A program made the translations under genes and the position numbers. Below, one piece after another: positions 48,670 through 58,186 of a stretch of DNA of 64,000 nt (its first letter is position 1; each line of letters begins with the position of its first letter). Below the pieces are notes generated by a model. The model did not search any database. It saw only the letters and a list, made by a program, of their open reading frames with translations, and was not told where the DNA came from. This DNA is from a virus, in IMG/VR virus record IMGVR_UViG_3300047476_001812, positions 1 through 64,000 of that record, one strand, 5' to 3'.

Positions 48670-49560
48670 CTAACTTGCTGCAATGATATCACGTAATTGT
48701 GATACTGACAACCCTGCAAGTAGAATATTTTCAATTACTTGCTGCATTATTTTTTCAGCATTGCGCTTGTCAGTCGCCTTGACAATTACTTGAAAATCAG
48801 GGATGGATTTACCAACACCAATAATCCACTGTTTGCAGCGTCTAGCATTGGATTTATAGCCATCAGCCATCATTTGTCTAACTTGAGAGTCCGTAGCTGG
48901 GATATGTTCAATGAGTTCTGGCGGCTGCTCAAGCTCAACTAAGGGAGGAGCAACGTCGTCCAAGGTTAAGCCATATTGGGGAACAGGAACGGCTAACTGA
49001 GGCGTTAGCCGTTCACAAGTTGCCAAATAATTGTCAATAAACTTCTGAGTACGTTGAGACTCAGGGCAACGGTCGAATAAATACTTGGCTTGGTCAATAG
49101 TTTCACACTTAGCAAAAGACTGGGGTTGGCGTGGGTCAAATCTGCGGAAAACAGATTTAGCTACTTTGGAAACGGTTTCTTTAGCTTGAGTTACTGCTGC
49201 TTTAATGGGCTTGACAAATTCGTAAGCAGTTTTAGCAAAGCCACGAAACTTCATCAAGGCATAGGCCGTTTGATTCTGAAACCACTTGGCTTTGATGCCA
49301 CTGGCAGGATTACAGTTAGCAACTAAATACTCAAGACTAGAGAGTGACGTGATAGCAAATTCACACACCCGATGGTATGTGTTCTTGGTATCCTTAAGCA
49401 AATACACCCCATCTAACTTTCGGTCAGAAGGAACATACTTAGAGTAATCCGCCCAATATAATCGAGCAATGAAAGTGCCGATAGGGCATTCGGCAAACTG
49501 GTAACGACGTGATTCTTTGAGGCAGGTTAATGTTAATTCGGGCTTAATAGATACTGACAT
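48670..49560 (-). CDS. hypothetical early-type protein
   Basis: 296 aa; leader motif at 49572-49585. Confidence 0.7.
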   Translation of the reverse strand: MSVSIKPELTLTCLKESRRYQFAECPIGTFIARLYWADYSKYVPSDRKLDGVYLLKDTKNTYHRVCEFAITSLSSLEYLVANCNPASGIKAKWFQNQTAYALMKFRGFAKTAYEFVKPIKAAVTQAKETVSKVAKSVFRRFDPRQPQSFAKCETIDQAKYLFDRCPESQRTQKFIDNYLATCERLTPQLAVPVPQYGLTLDDVAPPLVELEQPPELIEHIPATDSQVRQMMADGYKSNARRCKQWIIGVGKSIPDFQVIVKATDKRNAEKIMQQVIENILLAGLSVSQLRDIIAAS

Positions 49561-49662
49561 GAGATTTTCCTCTGTTTATTTTGCTAATAAATTGAACTGA
49601 ACATTGAACTGAACACGGTCGTTGTAGGGGCTATCTAGAATTACCTAAAGTGCGTCCACTTA

Positions 49663-49707
49663 AACTACAACTACAAAAAAAATAGAACGCGTAGCGCACA
49701 TAAAAAA
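49663..49707 (-). promoter_or_regulatory. class B hairpin element
   Basis: AACTAC-N14; CGC-GTA-GCG; CATAAAAA. Confidence 0.7.
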
Positions 49708-49744
49708 TACCCAATGGATTAAACCAATGGGTAAAAATTGAGCA

Positions 49745-50206
49745 TTAAGCTGCTGCTAAAAGATTACGACGACGAACTCCAATTCCTTCACATTCAATGT
49801 AATCAAGGGGAACGATATAACAAACTTCACCGCGCCGGACAAAGAAGTTAAAATCGTCGGAGTTTGTTCGGTTTTTCAAAAGGTTGTTTAGACCTGCCAG
49901 GGGAATGAGTACGCTATCGAAAGTTTTTATGTCAATCCACAAGATATGGGTTACTTCCTTGTGGAATGGCATTTCGAGATATAATCCACGAGTGGATTTA
50001 TACTTTTGAAAGTACAAATTCTCAATGCCTTTAGTGGAAGCCTTAATCAAAATCGTTACACTTTTAATCTCACTATTTTTCCAGAAAACCCATCGGAAGA
50101 CATTAGCTTCAAGCTGGGTTAGGTTCAGGGTATCAACAGACTTAAAAGCCCATTGAGAAAAGATATTGCAAGCTAATTTGCTGATTTCAACTGTTGTGTA
50201 AGCCAT
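49745..50206 (-). CDS. hypothetical protein
   Basis: GGAG RBS before MAYTT. Confidence 0.65.
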   Translation of the reverse strand: MAYTTVEISKLACNIFSQWAFKSVDTLNLTQLEANVFRWVFWKNSEIKSVTILIKASTKGIENLYFQKYKSTRGLYLEMPFHKEVTHILWIDIKTFDSVLIPLAGLNNLLKNRTNSDDFNFFVRRGEVCYIVPLDYIECEGIGVRRRNLLAAA

Positions 50207-50226
50207 GATAAGCTCCAATCAAATAA

Positions 50227-50267
50227 AACTACAAACAAAAAAAAGGGAGCGTAGCTCCCCATAAAAA
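50227..50267 (-). promoter_or_regulatory. class B hairpin element
   Basis: AACTAC-N16; GGGAGC-GTA-GCTCCC; CATAAAAA. Confidence 0.78.
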
Positions 50268-50284
50268 CCTTCTTTCGATTAAGC

Positions 50285-50569
50285 CTAGATAAAGAAATTC
50301 CCTTCACGCTTTAATTTTTCTATCAAGTTTTCATCTTTTAAAGGATGAACTTCAATTTCAAAGCCCAAAGCCGAGGATATTTTCTCATATTCTAATTTTC
50401 CATTTACGGAAAATTTTTTTGTCTTAAACCTACCAAAACACGGATTACCGGAATGGAAATCCGTAAAGTAATAAGTCATTTCTTCTGGTAACGACTCTTC
50501 ATTCAGTAAATTCATTACATTCCGGTAAACTTCGGATGTTTGAAGCAAGTCTTTATTTAAGTTGGTCAT
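50285..50569 (-). CDS. hypothetical protein
   Basis: 94 aa; class A element at 50599-50622. Confidence 0.65.
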   Translation of the reverse strand: MTNLNKDLLQTSEVYRNVMNLLNEESLPEEMTYYFTDFHSGNPCFGRFKTKKFSVNGKLEYEKISSALGFEIEVHPLKDENLIEKLKREGNFFI

Positions 50570-50644
50570 TTTCTTTTTCTCCGATTAGTTAATTTCCACC
50601 AAAAGTAATTAGGCGTTAGCCTTGTACTTGCTAACGCCAACCAA

Positions 50645-51358
50645 TTAAACCTTGCTTTCTGCAATAAGCCAATTAATGGCTTTTACAATGCTGTTTCCGT
50701 GACAGTCTAAGGGTTCACAGAAACAGATTAATCTGACATTGACACCTGACTTAACAAGCAAAGCAATACGTTTTAACTCATTCCAAACTGAGTTTTGGGC
50801 GTCAGGTTCACGCCATGCAATTTGCATCTGCTTCCAAAGCCATCTGTGATACAAGTCACAAACAGTTTTTCTGGTATGTTCACCACCCATAGGGTATGGA
50901 TTCCCTAAAACACTAGGTCTACCAATGTAAATATCGGTATAACCAAGCTCAGGAGAAAGTGTTTTCTTATTGACAACTTTGATGTTGCCAACCTTGAAAG
51001 TTTGAATCACTTTTGTTTTGGGAACACGCTTGATATTTTCAGCAGTCCCTTTGCTAAATCCGTCCCAAATAGCTAAACCAAAGTCAGCTTGAGAACACAT
51101 AAACTTATCTCTGTCAGTATAACTGCCATCAACTTTAACTGTACAAAAGCCAGCATTATTTCTTGGCTTTTGATAAGCATGAAAAACAGTTACCGCTTTA
51201 TAATCTTTGGACTTCAGATATTGCTGAACTAAGAGGTCAATTCCGGGAGCATCTCCAACAAGAATCTCAAATCTTTGCTCCATGATTTTATCTAAAGACT
51301 TAATAACGTCTTTAGGTAAAACAGGTATTGAACGGCTGCCAGAAATTACTACTTTCAT
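50645..51358 (-). CDS. SLOG-like (YspA/DprA-related) domain fused to DUF4326-like domain
   Basis: KVVISGSR..LVGDAPGID..AIWDGFSKGT; YIGRPSVLGNPY..LICFCEPLDCHG. Confidence 0.75.
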   Translation of the reverse strand: MKVVISGSRSIPVLPKDVIKSLDKIMEQRFEILVGDAPGIDLLVQQYLKSKDYKAVTVFHAYQKPRNNAGFCTVKVDGSYTDRDKFMCSQADFGLAIWDGFSKGTAENIKRVPKTKVIQTFKVGNIKVVNKKTLSPELGYTDIYIGRPSVLGNPYPMGGEHTRKTVCDLYHRWLWKQMQIAWREPDAQNSVWNELKRIALLVKSGVNVRLICFCEPLDCHGNSIVKAINWLIAESKV

Positions 51359-51371
51359 AGCCAAGTAAATA

Positions 51372-51432
51372 AACTACAACTAAATAATTTAGGAGCGTAG
51401 CGACCATAAAAAAAGGTGGCTTTTACACCACC
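51372..51432 (-). promoter_or_regulatory. class B element fused to terminator of upstream gene
   Basis: AACTAC-N17-GCGTAGC; A7 tract then GGTGG/CCACC hairpin. Confidence 0.75.
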
Positions 51433-51439
51433 TAATAAT

Positions 51440-51634
51440 TTATAAATCGTCTATCGTTTCTGCCATTACAGGCTCGTTTAAGCCTGCGGGTTCGTCAAAA
51501 CGAGGTTCATTTTCCCACTCCTCGTCTATGGACTTTACTGATAGTCTATACTCCAAGAATATAGACAGTAAATCTTGAGAATCCTTGAGGAATTTCTCTT
51601 CAAGAAATTCGTTAAAATTAAAGTTAAGGTTCAT
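51440..51634 (-). CDS. small acidic protein
   Basis: E/D-rich 64 aa. Confidence 0.6.
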   Translation of the reverse strand: MNLNFNFNEFLEEKFLKDSQDLLSIFLEYRLSVKSIDEEWENEPRFDEPAGLNEPVMAETIDDL

Positions 51635-51650
51635 AATAGACCCCAAATTA

Positions 51651-51691
51651 AACTACAACTAACTAATAGGAGCGTAGCGACCATAAAAAAA
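51651..51691 (-). promoter_or_regulatory. class B hairpin element
   Basis: AACTAC-N15-GCGTAGCGACCATAAAAAAA. Confidence 0.78.
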
Positions 51692-51720
51692 CCGTCAGCA
51701 TTTAAGCCAACGGATAAACT

Positions 51721-52152
51721 CTAAATTTGAACTATTACTGCATTTGGGCAGTGAGTTCGTATCAAGTTGCCGACTACATTCCAACCCCCACCAGCTAAAC
51801 CACATCCCATTTTATAGGGAAGATATGGGGTTAACCCTAACTCAATGGATTTAGTGTGAAGTTTATTGAGGCAAACCGTCAAAGCATCATAATCAGTTTG
51901 ACGTTTACCAATCCCATAGCCATTTTGACCTGCCATGTTGCAAATATATAAACCAGGATTGACCTTTACAAACTGCACCATTCCAAGGAGGAATTTACCC
52001 TCCTTGCAATACTTGGAATAGGAGGTAAAGCAAACTGGGTATTTTTCTCGCAGGGATTTAGCTAACCCCGCACCCATCACGCCCTTGCAATTAACTTGAT
52101 GGCAAATAATGCCAGATTCAATTGTTAACAAATTACCTTTGATTAATTCCAT
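51721..52152 (-). CDS. macrodomain (ADP-ribose-binding/hydrolase) protein
   Basis: IKGNLL..ICHQVNCKGVMGAGLA..PYKMGCGLAGGGW. Confidence 0.9.
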   Translation of the reverse strand: MELIKGNLLTIESGIICHQVNCKGVMGAGLAKSLREKYPVCFTSYSKYCKEGKFLLGMVQFVKVNPGLYICNMAGQNGYGIGKRQTDYDALTVCLNKLHTKSIELGLTPYLPYKMGCGLAGGGWNVVGNLIRTHCPNAVIVQI

Positions 52153-52169
52153 GCCAATAAACCACCATA

Positions 52170-52209
52170 AACTACACCTATTTTGCAGGAGCGTAGCGAC
52201 TCATAAAAA
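52170..52209 (-). promoter_or_regulatory. class B hairpin element
   Basis: AACTAC-N15-GCGTAGCGACTCATAAAAA. Confidence 0.78.
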
Positions 52210-52212
52210 TCT

Positions 52213-52434
52213 TTATTGTTTTAAATTTTTGTTCAAAGCTTCTGCCAATTTAATGGCTTTGGCTTTAGTTAAACCAACTTTAATGTTAGTTAATTTACCA
52301 TTAAGTTTCCAGATAACAGACCAGTATGTGTCATTGTTTATCAGCATTTGGACAGCATGAAAACTGTTTTCAGATAACAATTTTCTAGCGTTGTTAAATT
52401 CAACTACAGCAGCCTGAGTTATTTCTTTAGACAT
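52213..52434 (-). CDS. hypothetical protein
   Basis: 73 aa; class A element at 52447-52469. Confidence 0.6.
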   Translation of the reverse strand: MSKEITQAAVVEFNNARKLLSENSFHAVQMLINNDTYWSVIWKLNGKLTNIKVGLTKAKAIKLAEALNKNLKQ

Positions 52435-52484
52435 ATACTTAACACTTCACTACTTATAAGGCGTTAGCCCTGTACTTTGTATGC

Positions 52485-52727
52485 TTACCAATCAGGATAA
52501 TCTGTGTTGTCAAGATTAATCCGTTCTTCTTCTAATTTTTGCTTGAGATAATTAGCCAAGTCTAACACTTCTTCATAAGCGTCTTGTAAAGCACTTCTGT
52601 TGTTGAAAGGTTGTAGTGGAGTACCGTATTTTTGAATGCCTATCTGTTTCCGGTACAAGATGTCTGCGGCAACCAGATTGGCTATGTGGGGAAGGTTGTT
52701 AGGGACTGGATTAGGCAATGGTTGCAT
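52485..52727 (-). CDS. conserved phage protein, all-alpha NTP-pyrophosphatase-like
   Basis: RKQIGIQKYGTPL...LQDAYEEVLDLANYL. Confidence 0.6.
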   Translation of the reverse strand: MQPLPNPVPNNLPHIANLVAADILYRKQIGIQKYGTPLQPFNNRSALQDAYEEVLDLANYLKQKLEEERINLDNTDYPDW

Positions 52728-53751
52728 AAAATTTTGTAGTGGTTTTAGATTATCCCTTTAATTTTCCTTGTTAAAGCCTCTTGGATTTGGATTAATAACC
52801 AAATACCCCAGAAAGATATTAAAGGCATTTAAAACACAAAAATAGAGGCAAATCAGAGGACGTGCGGCGGAAAGCTTATCCCCAGGAAAAGGCAAAGGCG
52901 TAGACCAAAGAAGGAAATTCTGTGGTGGGAAAGCAAGGGTAAACCCAGTACAGAAGGTTTTCTAGCATTGTGTACCCTCTAGCCCTCTAACCTCTGGTTT
53001 TCTAACAGCCTGTTTTTCTAATAGCTTACATACCCTAACAGCCTGTTTTAACAAAGCTAATTTAAACTTTCTTGCTGGTTTAAAATTCTTTTGGTTTTTA
53101 GGTGAAAGCTTTCCGTGCGCGCACCAGGCGATAGCCTGTCCATATTCGGAGGTGTGTTGTAAATAGGACACCTGTTCAAATAAAGTAGTCTTCTTATATC
53201 GTGTGTAATTTAATTAATATAATATATTAACTAATATATATATAATATAAGAGCAGCGTTTATTTGCTTGATGGTAGCAATAGAGACGTTGGGTAAAAAG
53301 GTATTTTGATAGGGTTGAAATAGGCATTTAAAAGTTATTTTGTATTAATTGAAAGCATTGTTGTTAAAGGGTTTTGGTTTATTTTAATTGTTAACAAATA
53401 GTAGGAAATAAGTATATCTTTGTACGGATTACTGAGAAGGTATGTAGAATGACTGAGTTCACTATGATATTGTACGATTGAGCATATACTATAAGTGGTT
53501 AATGTGATTATAGTATTGAGTGATAACCGTACTACTGATGACTAAAGCTTGATTATTGCGCCATTTGCTATAAGTGACAGAGTATCCGCTGAGTCTGTAC
53601 GTTTGAGCATATACGGACTAGCCTTTCAAAGAGCTTATTGTCTGTAGTTTGTGGTATAATTGAATAGTCAATAAAAAAAAATCCCCTCGCAAACCTGGTA
53701 CTGGTAATACCGAAGATTTCAGGGGAAGTAACCTATAGGGCAGGTCACAAT

Positions 53752-54126
53752 ATGATTATTCTAAATGGTTTTAACCACCGCGTCTATCCTGAGCGGAAAT
53801 GTATTCCTGGACTTATTTATTTAGTCAAATGCCATGAATACTACAAAATTGGACAAACAGGTGGACATATCAACGCAAGAATTTCGCAAATACAAACTGG
53901 AAACCCATACGCTGTAGAGCTTATTGACCAGTTCTCTTCATACAAGCCAAGAAAAGATGAGGACTTTCTGCACCGTTTATTTGATAACGTCAGGGTAAGG
54001 GGTGAGTGGTTTGAAATTCCTTCTATTTATATTGAAAGCAGAGAAATTTGGTTTAAACCATTTGAAAATATGTCGGTTAAGCAGATTCAAGATGAGATAG
54101 AATCCAAGATTCTAGCTGGCAAGTAA
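53752..54126 (+). CDS. GIY-YIG (T5orf172/MUG113-like) nuclease
   Basis: IYLV..YYKIGQT...RISQIQTGNP..LHRLF..RVRGEWF; TGGTATAAT -10 at ~53652. Confidence 0.85.
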   Translation: MIILNGFNHRVYPERKCIPGLIYLVKCHEYYKIGQTGGHINARISQIQTGNPYAVELIDQFSSYKPRKDEDFLHRLFDNVRVRGEWFEIPSIYIESREIWFKPFENMSVKQIQDEIESKILAGK

Positions 54127-54406
54127 TCCTGTCTACGTAAAACACAAACCAATTACCCACTAGCTAATCACCTTGGTTTAGAGTTAGTGGATATTACCTT
54201 ATCTAAAGCTCTCTTATAGATTACACTGTCGTATTACTCCGTACAAATTGAAGTATCCAGCAATTAGTCTATTGTAATTCCCCTTAATTTAATGTCATCT
54301 GAAAGACTAAGTGTATTAATATTGCAAACGTAGTTGTAGTCTTGGTTTCAGGGGTTTTGCAAAGCTAACAAAAGAAAAGGAGGGACAATGCCCTCCGAGT
54401 GAAAAT

Positions 54407-54568
54407 TTATTTTGAGATAACTATTGAAACAGTCAAACTTGCCTGCGATATCGCAAGCAGATTTACCCCACTTAGCTTGTTGAACTCCCTTGTCACCAAG
54501 GAACTCAAGAATCTTGCTTTGCCGTTGCTGTAAACAACAGCTTTAGTCCTGACTTTTCTGAGTTTCAT
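54407..54568 (-). CDS. small basic protein (start revised)
   Basis: MKLRKVRTKAVV; class B element at 54583-54622. Confidence 0.55.
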   Translation of the reverse strand: MKLRKVRTKAVVYSNGKARFLSSLVTREFNKLSGVNLLAISQASLTVSIVISK

Positions 54569-54582
54569 GATAAAATCCCATT

Positions 54583-54640
54583 GATTACGCCACAAACAGG
54601 AAGCGTAGCGACCATAAAAAAAGGAGGGACTAAGCCCTCC
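54583..54640 (-). promoter_or_regulatory. class B element fused to terminator
   Basis: GATTAC-N14-GCGTAGCGACCATAAAAAAA then GGAGGG/CCCTCC hairpin. Confidence 0.7.
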
Positions 54641-54648
54641 CAAAATAG

Positions 54649-54840
54649 TTAATATTCAATAAAGTCGTCCTCAATGGGCTCATCGAATGAGGACTTTACC
54701 TCCTCAAGGGCTTCTCTCAACATTTCCATATTCATATCTTCGTACCCCTCCACATCATAAAATTCAGCAAGAAGGAGTAACCCCTCCTTACCAGAGGAGT
54801 GGATTCTGTCCAGAGCGGACAGTCTAAATGTGATTCTCAT
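54649..54840 (-). CDS. small acidic protein (start revised)
   Basis: MRITFRLSALD...; class B element upstream. Confidence 0.6.
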   Translation of the reverse strand: MRITFRLSALDRIHSSGKEGLLLLAEFYDVEGYEDMNMEMLREALEEVKSSFDEPIEDDFIEY

Positions 54841-54855
54841 AACCAAACCTGAATT

Positions 54856-54894
54856 AACTACAACTATATATAGGGAGCGTAGCGACCATAAAAA
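54856..54894 (-). promoter_or_regulatory. class B hairpin element
   Basis: AACTAC-N15-GCGTAGCGACCATAAAAA. Confidence 0.78.
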
Positions 54895-54924
54895 CAACTC
54901 TGCCAGAGCAGCAAGCTGCAAGAC

Positions 54925-54954
54925 TTGTCACTTAACCACAAAGTCTGCTATATT
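54925..54954 (+). promoter_or_regulatory. sigma70-type promoter
   Basis: TTGTCA-N18-TATATT with TGn extension. Confidence 0.6.
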
Positions 54955-54959
54955 GTATT

Positions 54960-55440
54960 TACTTGGTTGAACTAACTACGAGTGAGTAGACGCAAACCAC
55001 CACGATGTAAGGCTCTTGAGGCTTTGAAGTGTAGAGCTAGTGAGGAACTGAGCTTGGTTAGCAGACGAAATGCCGGATAGAGTTCAGACTTGGTAAAACA
55101 GTCCTCTAAGCAATCGTGAGGACACCGGGCTAAAGTTCTGCCTTACCTGGGAAACCGGGACTTGGTTGAGAGACCCTCAATTAAAGTAAAGAATTAGTTG
55201 GCAACTCTAAAGTTGTGATTGCAAGTTGGTTGTAAAACCTGATTACCTGTAATGTAAATCCCACCTGACTGTAAAACCAAATAATCCCCATTGTTAAAGG
55301 ATTCTATCTTTTAACCAAGTCTTCTCTAATCCTGTTTGGTTTACTGCGTAGAGCCAAAGCTAAAGAGGTTAAGAAAACTTACTTGGTTTATAAAAGATGG
55401 AAGTTTTGTCGTGTTTACCTATAACCCGAAGGCAATAAAA
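54960..55440 (+). ncRNA. candidate ~480-nt structured non-coding RNA
   Basis: no ORF of 60 aa or more, upstream promoter, several stems including a GAAA tetraloop. Confidence 0.45.
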
Positions 55441-55472
55441 GAAAAAGAGAGCCGAAGCCCTCCTAATCAAAA

Positions 55473-55718
55473 TTAGTAACTGTAAGTACCTACGCACTCA
55501 CCGTCCAGGTAGACATCTACTACATAGCTTTTGTCCCCTATGCGGGTTTTTCTAGTTTTGATATCAATGTTGGCGTTGTCAGGTATTTCCCCAACAATAC
55601 CTTTAATCTTGTCTATCTGCTCCCAATTCTGGGAATACCCCTGTAGCTGTTTCGCCCACATGGGACGATTGTCCTGACGACCTTCGCTTTCAAACACACC
55701 GTTATCTAAATCAAACAT
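55473..55718 (-). CDS. hypothetical protein
   Basis: GAGG RBS; class B at 55739-55788 and class A at 55801-55824. Confidence 0.65.
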   Translation of the reverse strand: MFDLDNGVFESEGRQDNRPMWAKQLQGYSQNWEQIDKIKGIVGEIPDNANIDIKTRKTRIGDKSYVVDVYLDGECVGTYSY

Positions 55719-55738
55719 AACCAAATCCTCAATACGTT

Positions 55739-55824
55739 AACTACAACAAAACTAAAGGGGCGTAGCCCCCATAAAAAACCAACATTAGACAAAGCTAACA
55801 TCAAAACCTATCAGGCGTTAGCCT
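55739..55824 (-). promoter_or_regulatory. adjacent class B and class A elements
   Basis: AACTAC-N15, GGGGC-GTA-GCCCC; TCAA-N10-GCGTTAGC. Confidence 0.75.
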
Positions 55825-55867
55825 TGTCCATGCGAAGGACAAACGGGGGAATTTAACCCCCAGGAAG

Positions 55868-56290
55868 CTATAACTGCAAGGCTGCAATCAGCTCAGACTT
55901 TCGCATACTACCGTATTTGGGTATAGCCCTTTCCTTGGCTATAATTTTGAGTTCTTTGACAGTTAAAGAGTTGTAATCTAAGTCCTTGCACTTAGATTGC
56001 TCAAATTGAGCATCTAAGGTCTCCCAAAGCTTGTCACCAGGGTTTGGAAGCTTAGGAGTCATTTGTTCTTTAGCCAATTCAATTACATTTATTTCAGGTT
56101 CAGACTCTTGGGAGTCTAAAGTAACTTGAACCCAAGAAATGTCGGCAACTTTTAAAGTCTGTTGCTGAGTTCCAATTAATTGGTGTCCAGCGTTATTCCA
56201 GATTGTTTCCATATCCAAAATAAAGTCTGCGGTCATGCAAGCAAACAATGCAACTATTAAAACCAAGCAGAAAAAGACTGAGTAATCCAT
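55868..56290 (-). CDS. membrane-anchored protein with C-terminal Rho-N-like domain
   Basis: N-terminal TM; LTVKELKIIAKERAIPKYGSMRKSELIAAL. Confidence 0.75.
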   Translation of the reverse strand: MDYSVFFCLVLIVALFACMTADFILDMETIWNNAGHQLIGTQQQTLKVADISWVQVTLDSQESEPEINVIELAKEQMTPKLPNPGDKLWETLDAQFEQSKCKDLDYNSLTVKELKIIAKERAIPKYGSMRKSELIAALQL

Positions 56291-56329
56291 ATCTTTTATA
56301 AACCGTTATTTTGCTAACTACAATTACTA

Positions 56330-57491
56330 TAGGAATCCTAGTTGATTTTTGAAAAAGATTCAGAGAAAATACGTATGAGAATATAAGTGTAAAAGTAGAC
56401 AATGATAAACCAGCATCTATCAAATGTATCATACCCACCAAAAGTGGCAACTGCAATTGCCGAACTACAAGACTTCATAGCAGGTTGTCGTGATGCTCGT
56501 GAAGCCAGAAAAGCCTTGGCGGTGAAATTGGTTTACCAAGATTACTTATACGAAGAGATCCAGACAATTTTAGATGTGTCTTTAGGTTCGATAACTGGTT
56601 GGAAGCAAGCTTACGAGCAAAACGGACTTAATGGCTTAAAGTTAAACCATAAAGGGCGAAAAAGCTATTTGAGTAGCGAACAACGAGAACAAGTGTTAAG
56701 TTGGTTGCAAACCAAGAACTGCTGGGAACTGGGGGAATTGGAGTACAAATTAGCCTTTGAATATGATGTGGTTTATGAGTCAAAGCAAAGTTACTATGAT
56801 TTATTCGATGCTGCTGACATAGCTTGGAAGAAGACCACAAAGTTAAATCCCAAAGCCAACCCAGAGGCTGTGGCAGAAAAAAAAAAGAGATTGAAACACT
56901 ACTGGCAAGCAAGCGTTCCGAAATAGAAACCGGAAAATTGAGGGTATTATTAATTGATGAGTGTCATTTAATGTGGGGAGACTTAAGTGGCTATGTCTGG
57001 GGGAGAACTGATACAGAAATCACAGTTCCAGTGGTGAATGAGCGCAATAAACAAACATATTATGGGGCAGTTGATTATCTTGAAGGAAAATTGCTGCTTA
57101 GAGCTTACGATAAGGGGAACTCAGAAAATACAATTGATTATCTGCGATATTTACTAAATGAGTCTGGCGAGCAACAATTGTTACTTTTTTGGGATGGTGC
57201 GACCTATCATCGTTCCAAAGAAATTCAAGAGTTTTTGGATGAAGTTAATCAAGGTTTGACAATTGACCAATGGAAAATACGCTGCGTCCGTTTTGCACCC
57301 AATTGTCCAGAACAAAATCCTATTGAGGATATTTGGTTACAAGCCAAAACATGGGTGCGGCGTTTTTGTGCCTTAATTCCAACATTCTCACATTTGAAAT
57401 GGATGTTTGAATGGTTTATTCGACACACTACCTTTGATTTTGCCACTCTTCAGATGTACGGATTTTTTTCAAAAATCAAATAGGAGTCCTA
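56330..57491 (+). mobile_element. IS630-family insertion sequence
   Basis: ~27-bp terminal IRs TAGGA(A/C)TCCTA(G/T)TTGATTTTTGAAAAA; TA flanks at 56328-56329 and 57492-57493. Confidence 0.93.
56402..57483 (+). CDS. IS630 transposase, two ORFs joined by a -1 frameshift
   Basis: HTH orfA 56402-56926; orfB with IDE, WDGATYH, PEQNPIEDIW; A10 slippery run at 56877-56886. Confidence 0.9.
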
Positions 57492-57538
57492 TAGACAGGG
57501 CGTAGCCCACATAAAAAAAGGGGCAATTGCCCCTGTAC

Positions 57539-58102
57539 TTATGACTTAGAAAGTCTCATAGCCTCCTCGTTAGGAGAATACTTGAAACCGCAAGATTCAA
57601 GTAACTCACGTAGGTTCAGATTAATGCGAGTGTCGTAATAGAAGGCGATATTGCCTTCTATAGAGTTGATTGCCATTTCAATGAAGGTCTTTAGCTTGAG
57701 GTCTAAGTTATCTTGAGCTAACCACCATTTATGGTCATTGAGGTCGTCCCCACTAGCAGGGACTTCCTGTCCATTCACTTTAATAGAGAGCAGTTGCTCT
57801 CCTGTTAGTGGGCAAACCTCAAGATGGACTTTGATGGATTCACCCAGATTAACCTTGCCTTGGTTGGCAAGGGTTCTTTCGCAAATTGCATCCAAGACCT
57901 TTGGAGGAATTTCCTCCACAAAGAATTCACATCTATTTAGCCGATTGATACTCCAGCGCTGCTGGAATTTGCAGCGGTGGTGTTGTAAATAGGCACACAA
58001 TTTGTCCCCTAAATAGCTGGGGACGCATACCATGTAAGCAGGTATGCGAGATGAACATTTCCACTCAGGGATATACAAAACCTCAAATCTTGGGTCAGAC
58101 AT
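57539..58102 (-). CDS. hypothetical early-type protein
   Basis: 187 aa; class B element upstream; terminator-like GGGGC-AATT-GCCCC plus U tract downstream. Confidence 0.7.
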   Translation of the reverse strand: MSDPRFEVLYIPEWKCSSRIPAYMVCVPSYLGDKLCAYLQHHRCKFQQRWSINRLNRCEFFVEEIPPKVLDAICERTLANQGKVNLGESIKVHLEVCPLTGEQLLSIKVNGQEVPASGDDLNDHKWWLAQDNLDLKLKTFIEMAINSIEGNIAFYYDTRINLNLRELLESCGFKYSPNEEAMRLSKS

Positions 58103-58116
58103 AACAAAACCTGGTT

Positions 58117-58158
58117 AACTACGCCAATTGGTTGGGAGCGTAGCGAACATAAAAAAAA
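58117..58158 (-). promoter_or_regulatory. class B hairpin element
   Basis: AACTAC-N15-GCGTAGCGAACATAAAAAAAA. Confidence 0.78.
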
Positions 58159-58186
58159 GGGAATGGATAAACCACTCCCTAATAAG

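Noticed and set aside
49001-49010. GGCGTTAGCC or its complement inside CDSs (also 25575, 26186, 31487, 62238, 62628)
   Set aside because: They lack a canonical TCA box at 10 nt and are explained by Ala-Asn-Ala, Ala-Leu-Ala or Leu-Thr-Pro codons.
55038-55075. Hammerhead ribozyme (CTAGTGAG...GACGAAA)
   Set aside because: Core deviates from CUGANGA and I could not build stems I and III.
56824-56926. IS630 transposase as a frameshifted pseudogene
   Set aside because: A two-ORF layout with a poly-A slippery site is normal for IS630; IRs and DDE residues are intact.
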